A stretch of 64,000 nucleotides of DNA from TPA_inf: Saccharomyces (taxonomy: Eukaryota), in the NCBI GenBank assembly GCA_000146045.2, contig BK006945.2, positions 800,001-864,000 of the forward strand, given 5' to 3'. This document shows positions 16,094 through 23,827 of this stretch, in pieces; within the stretch, counting starts at the first letter, position 1, and the number at the start of each line of letters is the position of its first letter. The notes under the pieces are model-generated. The model was not told the DNA's origin. It did no database searches and saw nothing but the letters and a program-made list of their open reading frames with translations. Made by a program: the position numbers and the translations under genes.

Positions 16094-17761
16094 ATGAACA
16101 AGAAACAAAATTTTTACGCAGCCATTATTGTGGCTATTTTTCTTTGTTTGCAATTGTCTCATGGCTCTTCAGGTGTCAGCTTTGAAAAAACCCCTGCTAT
16201 TAAAATTGTAGGAAACAAATTCTTTGACTCTGAGAGTGGGGAACAGTTCTTCATCAAGGGCATTGCTTACCAATTGCAGAGAAGTGAAGAGGAGCTTAGC
16301 AATGCAAATGGGGCTTTTGAGACAAGTTATATTGATGCCTTAGCGGACCCAAAAATATGCTTAAGAGATATTCCATTTTTGAAAATGCTAGGAGTGAACA
16401 CACTGCGTGTTTATGCAATAGATCCGACAAAATCACATGATATATGTATGGAAGCTCTATCTGCCGAAGGAATGTACGTCCTATTAGATCTTTCAGAGCC
16501 TGATATTTCAATAAATAGAGAAAATCCATCTTGGGATGTACATATTTTTGAAAGGTACAAATCTGTAATTGATGCAATGTCATCCTTTCCAAATTTGTTG
16601 GGGTATTTTGCAGGGAATGAAGTGACAAATGACCATACAAATACCTTTGCATCACCCTTCGTGAAGGCCGCAATCCGAGATGCCAAGGAGTATATTTCGC
16701 ATTCTAATCATAGAAAAATCCCTGTCGGCTATTCAACTAATGACGATGCTATGACAAGAGACAATTTAGCAAGGTACTTCGTTTGCGGAGACGTTAAAGC
16801 TGATTTCTATGGGATAAATATGTACGAATGGTGTGGGTATTCCACGTATGGTACTAGTGGATATAGGGAAAGAACGAAAGAATTTGAAGGTTATCCAATT
16901 CCCGTGTTTTTTTCGGAATTCGGCTGCAATCTTGTAAGACCAAGGCCATTCACTGAAGTTAGTGCCCTTTATGGCAATAAAATGTCCTCTGTTTGGTCTG
17001 GTGGCCTTGCATACATGTATTTTGAAGAAGAAAATGAATACGGAGTTGTTAAGATAAATGATAATGATGGAGTGGATATTCTTCCTGATTTCAAGAATTT
17101 GAAGAAAGAATTTGCAAAGGCAGATCCTAAAGGCATTACAGAGGAAGAATACTTAACGGCAAAAGAACCAACTGAAGTAGAAAGTGTTGAATGTCCACAT
17201 ATTGCTGTCGGAGTTTGGGAGGCAAACGAAAAACTACCTGAAACACCTGATAGAAGCAAGTGCGCCTGTTTGGATGAGATTTTGCCCTGTGAAATAGTCC
17301 CTTTTGGTGCTGAATCTGGAAAATATGAAGAATATTTTAGTTATTTGTGCTCTAAGGTTGACTGTTCCGATATTCTTGCAAATGGCAAAACCGGTGAGTA
17401 CGGTGAATTCTCAGATTGTTCTGTCGAACAAAAACTTTCCCTTCAGCTGAGTAAATTGTATTGCAAAATCGGCGCAAATGATCGCCATTGTCCTCTAAAT
17501 GATAAGAACGTTTACTTCAACTTAGAAAGCCTGCAGCCCCTTACAAGCGAGTCGATCTGTAAGAATGTTTTTGATTCTATAAGGAACATCACATACAATC
17601 ATGGCGATTATTCAAAATCAAATCCATCGCGTAGCAAGGAAAGTTTGAACGTAAAGTACCCATCGAGTGAAGAGAGAGAAAATGACGGCACCATCGCATT
17701 TAAAACTTCAGGGTTTGTTATACTTCTAATTTCTATGATAGCTGCTGGAATTCTTCTATAA
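16094..17761 (+). CDS. GAS2: GPI-anchored 1,3-beta-glucanosyltransferase (GH72 family), 555 aa
   Basis: N-terminal signal peptide, GH72 catalytic region, Cys-rich domain and a hydrophobic C-terminal GPI signal. Length and position right after FKS1 fit GAS2. Confidence 0.85.
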   Translation: MNKKQNFYAAIIVAIFLCLQLSHGSSGVSFEKTPAIKIVGNKFFDSESGEQFFIKGIAYQLQRSEEELSNANGAFETSYIDALADPKICLRDIPFLKMLGVNTLRVYAIDPTKSHDICMEALSAEGMYVLLDLSEPDISINRENPSWDVHIFERYKSVIDAMSSFPNLLGYFAGNEVTNDHTNTFASPFVKAAIRDAKEYISHSNHRKIPVGYSTNDDAMTRDNLARYFVCGDVKADFYGINMYEWCGYSTYGTSGYRERTKEFEGYPIPVFFSEFGCNLVRPRPFTEVSALYGNKMSSVWSGGLAYMYFEEENEYGVVKINDNDGVDILPDFKNLKKEFAKADPKGITEEEYLTAKEPTEVESVECPHIAVGVWEANEKLPETPDRSKCACLDEILPCEIVPFGAESGKYEEYFSYLCSKVDCSDILANGKTGEYGEFSDCSVEQKLSLQLSKLYCKIGANDRHCPLNDKNVYFNLESLQPLTSESICKNVFDSIRNITYNHGDYSKSNPSRSKESLNVKYPSSEERENDGTIAFKTSGFVILLISMIAAGILL

Positions 17762-18072
17762 AAAATTCATTTAATATTCAATGAAGTTATAAATTGATAG
17801 TTTAAATAAAGTCAGTCTTTTTCCTCATGTTTAGAATTGTATTAATGTACGCCGTTTACGTTGGAGTGTAAATGTGTCTATTCCAGAACGAAATCTAAAT
17901 GAGCAGTACAGGCAGTTCAGATGGTACTGAAGCGGTACTAAAGATGCATGAATTGAACAGATGTGGTAGTTATGTATATGAGGAATATGAGTTGTCACAT
18001 TAAAAATATAATAGCTATGATCCCATTATTATATTCGTGACAGTTCGTAACGTTTTAATTGGCTTATGTTTT

Positions 18073-18403
18073 TGAGAAATGGGTGAATTTTAAGATAATT
18101 GTTGGGATTCCATTATTGATAAAGGCTATAATATTAGGTATACAGAATATACTGGAAGTTCTCCTCGAGGATATAGGAATCCTCAAAATGGAATCTATAT
18201 TTCTATTTACTAATATCACGATTATTCTTCATTCCGTTTTATATGTTTCATTATCCTATTACATTATCAATCCTTGCATTTCAGCTTCCTCTAACTTCGA
18301 TGACAGCTTCTCATAACTCATGTCATCATCTAACACCGTATATGATAATATATTGATAGCATAACCATTAGTTGATAGGTGATGGTGGAATTTTATTTCA
18401 ACA
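18073..18403 (-). mobile_element. Solo Ty1/Ty2 delta LTR (~331 bp) flanked by a 5-bp target-site duplication GTTTT
   Basis: The reverse complement begins TGTTG and ends with delta termini (TCTCA). The interior matches the delta consensus closely, and on the + strand reads GGGTGAAT...GATAATTGTTGGGATTCCATT...CTCGAGGATATAGGAATCCTCAAAATGGAATCTATATTTCT...ACACCGTATATGATAATAT. Direct repeats GTTTT sit at 18068-18072 and 18404-18408. The element lies ~205 bp upstream of a tRNA gene, as expected for Ty1. Confidence 0.85.
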
Positions 18404-18608
18404 GTTTTATACCTCTCTTATATAAGCACAGGAAGGTCCATATCCACATTTAAACTTGATTAATACTTTTTTTTATACCTTTAACTATCATCATCAATAA
18501 TTTCTTTTCTGAAAGTACGACATCAAAGTCGCCGAGTTTTGTCTTCGGAATAAATACTAGGTCAGATGAATAAAGAGCAGGAATTTACTATCTCTGATAA
18601 TTTATTAT

Positions 18609-18680
18609 GCTCCTCTAGTGCAATGGTTAGCATGCATTCTTCCGGTGGCTGTGATCCGGGTTCGAGTCCCGGGAGGAGCT
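18609..18680 (+). tRNA. tR(CCG)L: tRNA-Arg (anticodon CCG), followed by a Pol III oligo-T terminator
   Basis: Hand-folded cloverleaf with a 7-bp acceptor stem pairing GCTCCTC with GAGGAGC. The D-arm is GTGC/AATGGTTA/GCAT. The anticodon loop is TTCCGGT, with CCG at positions 34-36. The T-arm is CCGGG/TTCGAGT/CCCGG and the discriminator is T. A TTTT plus TTTTTT tract follows within 10 nt. Confidence 0.8.
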
Positions 18681-18998
18681 TTTAATTTTTTAGCGCACTA
18701 TTCTAATTTTTAAGGAAAAAGCATATTTCCGAGTCAGTGCATAGAAAGAACGGAGGCTACGATGCCAGCACAGTGTCTATAAAGTCAAGAAATACATTCA
18801 AACTCTTCGCGTAAGGGCTGTCAATTTTTCATTTCCCTCAAAGTTAATGCGCAAGAGTTAGGATGATCTTGATTATTAGTTATTTGTTTGTTCCATCAAT
18901 TATGCCGACGTCCATGAATGCTATTGAAGTATCGATTACTTATGCTATTCTATTGTATTTGAGCCGGCGGCTAGTAAACAAGACAGCATACCTTTCCA

Positions 18999-19011
18999 AC
19001 ATCCGTACATA
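18999..19011 (+). promoter_or_regulatory. Rap1-type site ACATCCGTACATA ~300 bp upstream of RPL26A
   Basis: Matches the ribosomal-protein-gene Rap1 consensus ACAYCCRTACATY at 12 of 13 positions. Confidence 0.4.
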
Positions 19012-19311
19012 TTGATTATTGTATCTATGATTTTCATGTAATGTATGGGTTAACTAATCCTTTCTCTTCTTTTTTTTTTTTCTGAAAATCAGTAGCTAGA
19101 GGAACCTGTTCGTGAAAGATATGGAATATTCCGTCTAGGGAAGAGCCGAGAGCTGAGAGCAGTATCCATCGGATGGAATCTTGCCTGGATGCGTAACGAC
19201 GACAGCTTGTCTAGAAGGCGAAGTACAAGATACTAAGAAGACTATAACAACAGAAGACAATTTTGTAGTGCGATTCTATATTATTGACGTAACCAACAAA
19301 AAAGTATCAGA

Positions 19312-20142
19312 ATGGCTAAACAATCATTAGGTATGTGCACAAATGCTAAATCACTGAAACCCTGTAGAGCTGGAATTGAAAATATAGTTTGTACCTTTTG
19401 CCTGAGGGCAGAATGACTCAATGTTATCTTAATTCGATTAGAAAAAGAAGGTGCGTTATCCAAGGTTGAAACTTGTAAACTATTTAGGTGATGTCTCATA
19501 ACTGCAACCACTGGAAAATGACGCAAATATCAAAATAATAGGGAGATAAAGTCTCACGACATGAAAAAATCATAGAATTATTGTTCAATTTATCTAGCCG
19601 TATCTTACCTTATGGAAAAAGTGTGAATATGTTTTTCTAAATCGAGCTTCCCGGAAATTACACTATATTATGCATCCGTGATACATCTGAAATTCAATAC
19701 TTTCTCCAAGGTCCTGCTTACTAAGAGGGTAAGATTTGTTGAAACTCGAAATACTAACATTATTTTCATTATTTTAGACGTTTCCTCCGACAGAAGAAAG
19801 GCTAGAAAGGCTTATTTCACCGCCCCATCCTCCCAACGTCGTGTTTTGCTATCTGCTCCATTATCTAAGGAGTTGAGAGCTCAATACGGTATCAAGGCCT
19901 TGCCAATCAGAAGAGATGATGAAGTTTTGGTTGTTCGTGGTTCCAAGAAGGGTCAAGAAGGTAAGATTTCATCTGTTTACAGATTGAAATTTGCCGTTCA
20001 AGTTGACAAGGTTACCAAGGAAAAGGTCAACGGTGCTTCCGTTCCAATTAACTTGCACCCATCCAAGCTTGTCATTACTAAATTACATTTGGACAAGGAC
20101 AGAAAAGCTTTGATCCAAAGAAAGGGCGGTAAGTTGGAATAA
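19312..20142 (+). CDS. RPL26A: Ribosomal protein L26 (127 aa), two exons: 19312-19330 and 19778-20142
   Basis: Exon 1 is ATGGCTAAACAATCATTAG. The intron runs from 19331 to 19777, starting with GTATGT. It has a TACTAAC branch point at 19752-19758 and a TTTTAG acceptor. The spliced product reads [29 protein letters not shown]...KGGKLE, the L26/L24-family sequence. The ORF-track entry 19678-20142 is exon 2 plus intron read-through. Confidence 0.92.
19331..19777 (+). other. RPL26A: Spliceosomal intron of RPL26A (447 nt)
   Basis: GTATGT 5' splice site, TACTAAC branch point, TAG acceptor. Splicing restores the reading frame as G|AC. Confidence 0.9.
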
Positions 20143-20510
20143 ATTATGTAATTCCCTGAAAACTTCCTCGAAATTTATTGCACTTTTTTTACTCAAACCA
20201 TTTAATAATCATATGTAAAACGTATAAAATAGTATCCATTCCACTGTACTCAGTGTCTTACGTAAAGGGCTGTATACTGGCACTACCTTTTACTATGGAT
20301 ATGTGCTAGCTTTTTCGGAGAAGAAATGTTCGCCTTACGCTAGAAACCGGGGTTAAGGGGGCGTGAGAATGAATATTGGCAGACAAGAACCGAGATAGAA
20401 TCTTAACACAAAAACAGTTCATCCTACTTCTACGCCTTTATACAGTTATACTGAAAGATCTTTGCATAGGGGCATAGTTTAAAATAAAATATAGGGTTGT
20501 CATAGCAAAC

Positions 20511-22040
20511 ATGCCAAATGTGCTTTCTGATGATGAAGAGCTCCTTAATGGACTAGGAAGTGAGATTATGAAACCCTCTAGACAAGGTAACCATATGGCA
20601 AGGACCGTCAAAAGGTGGGTAAATAAAGAACGTGCTACCACAGCCGATCTGAAAAATGTTAATATTGATGGAGTTCATGGACCGGTAAATACCGAAAGTT
20701 ATATATCACCAGGACAGCTTTACTCCACTGACTCGGGCAATTTATTTCATGCTGGAAGAATCCTTGTCGTTCTAGTCGGTCTTCCAGCAACATCAAAGAC
20801 ACTATTGTCAGTAGCGATTACAAGATATACAAGATGGTTAGGAGTTAGGACGAAATCGTTCCATTTTTCAGAATATAAAGAATCAGCTAAAAATATACCC
20901 TCAGACTATTTTTGCGTAGTGCCAACGTCAAAAGAAGGTGTAGCGTTTGTTGAAAAGCTTCGCATGCAGATGTTGAATGATATACTGGCATTTTTCAACG
21001 ACTTGTCAGGTCAGCTGGCCATTTATGATGCCCTAAACATCCGTAAAATTGACAGAAAGAATTTGGAGACAACGTTTTCTGAAATTGGAGTTAAAGTACT
21101 CTTCATAGAATCAATCGTGTCTGATCAAGAAATCATGAATAGAAACATAGCTCTTGCACTGGAGTCGAACGATTACAAGGGACTTTCAACTGATGAAGCC
21201 ATTGACGAATATATGAGACGTTTATCAGTGAACGAACCATACTATGAAATGATGACACATGACGAAGAATTATCGTACATTAAATATATAAATTTGGGAA
21301 AGCAGATAATTGTGAAAGATAACATACATGGTTATTTGGTCAACAAAATAGTATTTTTCTTAATGAATTTGAGGCAGAAAAAGGGGTGTGTATATTTTGC
21401 TCGCTGTGGCACCAGCGATAAAGACAACTACATACATGATGAGGAACTAAACGAGGAGGGAATCCATTACTCTCAAGTTCTCAAGGATTTTGTCCTCCAA
21501 CGAATTAAACAGAAGAGACAGGCCAAAAAAAATTCGGATTCCTTAGTCGAAGTAATAGATGGAAGTCATGATGAAGATTTGAAGACTTCCTTGATAGTTT
21601 GGACAGGTCCCAGGAAAAGAACCCACGATACTGCACTCTTTTTTTCAAAAGAAGGTATTAAAGTTCAGCAACGGTCAGAGTTGAGACAGTTGAACCCAGG
21701 AAGTATTGCTGATCTTACTGATCAACAGATAATGGACAAATTTCCATCAGAATATAAAGAATCATTAAAAGACCCATATCATTTTCGATTCCCTAGGGCG
21801 GAATCTTACCATGACTTAGCCGTTCGTATGGAACCTTTACTATTAGAAATGGAGCATACGAGCAAGGACATTCTCATCATTGCACATGAGTCAACATTAA
21901 GAGTATTATATGGCTATTTAATGGCTTGCACCTGCGTAGAGTTACCAAATCTAAATTTCACAAGAGACAAATTAGTTGAAATTTCATTCAGCCCTTTCTG
22001 TAATACTGTAGAGTTACTGAACATTCCTTTAACTAGCTAA
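20511..22040 (+). CDS. 6-phosphofructo-2-kinase/fructose-2,6-bisphosphatase family protein, 509 aa (YLR345W)
   Basis: P-loop kinase motif (VLVGLPATSKT) followed by a histidine-phosphatase-like C-terminal half. Length fits YLR345W. Confidence 0.8.
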   Translation: MPNVLSDDEELLNGLGSEIMKPSRQGNHMARTVKRWVNKERATTADLKNVNIDGVHGPVNTESYISPGQLYSTDSGNLFHAGRILVVLVGLPATSKTLLSVAITRYTRWLGVRTKSFHFSEYKESAKNIPSDYFCVVPTSKEGVAFVEKLRMQMLNDILAFFNDLSGQLAIYDALNIRKIDRKNLETTFSEIGVKVLFIESIVSDQEIMNRNIALALESNDYKGLSTDEAIDEYMRRLSVNEPYYEMMTHDEELSYIKYINLGKQIIVKDNIHGYLVNKIVFFLMNLRQKKGCVYFARCGTSDKDNYIHDEELNEEGIHYSQVLKDFVLQRIKQKRQAKKNSDSLVEVIDGSHDEDLKTSLIVWTGPRKRTHDTALFFSKEGIKVQQRSELRQLNPGSIADLTDQQIMDKFPSEYKESLKDPYHFRFPRAESYHDLAVRMEPLLLEMEHTSKDILIIAHESTLRVLYGYLMACTCVELPNLNFTRDKLVEISFSPFCNTVELLNIPLTS

Positions 22041-22286
22041 TATACTGGAGTTGCATCGTTGATGTGTATTATCTATATTCAAAATAGTTATTTTTATGTT
22101 TAAGAAAGGATTAAGAACAATTGAAAAAAAATTACCATTAGCAACGAATATTAAATTGTAAATTATTTAGAGATATTTTTCTATAATATGCTCGCCTACC
22201 ATTCTCTTTTATACAATATTTAGGTTTTACCTGGAGGCTAAAATGATATGAGGGGACGATAGCTTAACATGATTGTGACACAAACT

Positions 22287-22592
22287 TTAAAAAAGGCTTT
22301 CAGTTGAAGAGTTTTCTTCCGCTATAGTCTCCAATGCTATCTTACTTTTCTTATTACGTTTATGTCTACCTTTCATATCATTTCTTGTAAGCAACTCCTG
22401 CATTTCCGCTTCCTGGGCAGCCTTGAGTAAATCATATCTGGTAATTTTATCAGGTTTATTGCTCACATATCTGCCTGAACCAACAACGTTGATATATTTC
22501 CATGGACATGCTACCCACTCTGCAATAGTGGAAGCTGAATTGATTGTGTTTTTTGAAACTAACCCGATGGGACAATTACTGATCGATTGCAT
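22287..22592 (-). CDS. CIS1: Small 101-aa protein YLR346C (CIS1), a Pdr1/Yrr1-regulated gene
   Basis: 101-aa ORF. Two PDRE motifs lie in its upstream region (next feature). The assignment comes from recalled gene order, not from the sequence. Confidence 0.7.
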   Translation of the reverse strand: MQSISNCPIGLVSKNTINSASTIAEWVACPWKYINVVGSGRYVSNKPDKITRYDLLKAAQEAEMQELLTRNDMKGRHKRNKKSKIALETIAEENSSTESLF

Positions 22593-22826
22593 TATTAAAG
22601 GTGATAAATAATCCTTTGTTATTTGTGCCCCTTAAAATTCATATACACTTTATGTTTAATTCGACAGGTATAACAGAAAGAAACAAGGAAAACAATGCAA
22701 TTAATCATTAACTGCACCAACTTTTATATGAATATATTGTGCTACATGTCTTAATTAGTCCTCTGTGAATGAGCATCACAAAGAATCACGAGGAAAAGAT
22801 TGATTACTTAATATTGATAGGAATCA

Positions 22827-22917
22827 GCCGCGGAAATGGAAATCTTGGTAATATAATTTTAATGCGGCACGCTGAAAATTGATGGCGGCCTGCTAGGAGC
22901 CCTATTGATTCCGCGGA
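22827..22917. promoter_or_regulatory. Two Pdr1/Pdr3 response elements (PDRE, TCCGCGGA) 235-325 bp upstream of YLR346C
   Basis: Perfect palindromic TCCGCGGA at 22910-22917. A 7/8 match, GCCGCGGA, lies at 22827-22834. Confidence 0.6.
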
Positions 22918-23440
22918 AATAGGCGGATTATTACAAACGTTGAGCATTCAGCAGGTGCGGCTGTGCCTTTTCACTTTCAGCTAAGATGTTTGCAAGCAAG
23001 AATTAACAGATAAGCCGCTTCGCTAGTAACGCAACTCATTGTGTTTTTAATGGAAGCTAAGGATGGTTGAAATTATGGGTACCCTGAGATAAGATTATTA
23101 ACTATGATGTAAGTATTAATCATTATAATAAGGGGTACCTGCTCATTCGCATTACCATACATTGACTATTAACGAGCAGAAAGTTTTTGGAAGTTTTGCA
23201 GATGAAGTGCATGTTTGATAATTTGAATATGCGGATTTCCTTATTCAAAACTTTCTTTATGCATAGAGCTAATTAGGTTTGAGTTAAGGAAAAAAATCTA
23301 TCATAAGTGTCTTGAGGTATTTACTATAATGTATACGGGAAATATTAGGTGTGATAGGCTCTAGGAACGAATATTAATATTGGGGGGGGGAAACTGGAAT
23401 GAAATTAAACAAAAGCAAAAAAATCTAAAAGAAGAAAAAA

Positions 23441-23442
<2 letters not shown>

Positions 23443-23506
<64 letters not shown>
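23443..23506. repeat. (GA)32 dinucleotide microsatellite, with A-rich tracts on both sides
   Basis: 64 nt of uninterrupted GAGA read directly from the sequence. It sits in the 1.2-kb gene-free interval between YLR346C and the 3' end of KAP95. Confidence 0.98.
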
Positions 23507-23509
<3 letters not shown>

Positions 23510-23827
23510 GGGTTATTGATAATATAATATAATAATAAAAGAGAAGATAGTAGAAAAGGAAGAAAGAAAAAAAAAAATTAAGATGTACTTTAATAAAAAG
23601 AGGGAAATTCTAAAAAGTGCGACTGGAATTAGAAGAATGCAGGTATTTTGTTTTCTCTCCTATGACGGAGAAGGTAACAAAATCATAAAGGTAAAATAAC
23701 AAATTAATTATGATCAAAGAGAAATGCCCTTTGTAAACCGTGGTTTGTAAATGCGTTGGTAACTGCAGCAGATGTTAAGAAACAAAGATGGAAAAGAACC
23801 AAAATCAGCTTGTAAGTTCTATCGTAA

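Noticed and set aside
16296-16686. 125-aa and 91-aa minus-strand ORFs inside GAS2
   Set aside because: Antisense to a GH72 gene with a signal peptide and GPI signal. Spurious.
18609-18680. Alternative reading of the tRNA anticodon loop giving UCC (Gly)
   Set aside because: Shifting the loop register by one destroys most anticodon-stem pairing. The CCG register gives 4 of 5 stem pairs and a canonical 7-nt loop.
18681-19100. Possible second LTR fragment (sigma or tau) just downstream of the tRNA
   Set aside because: I could not match the sequence to the remembered termini or interior of delta, sigma or tau. No TG...CA ends or target-site duplication were recognisable. Left uncalled.
23443-23506. 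(GA)32 tract as a possible CRISPR-like or other prokaryotic repeat array
   Set aside because: It is a simple dinucleotide microsatellite with no spacers, in a eukaryotic nuclear context that has spliceosomal introns and Pol III tRNA genes.
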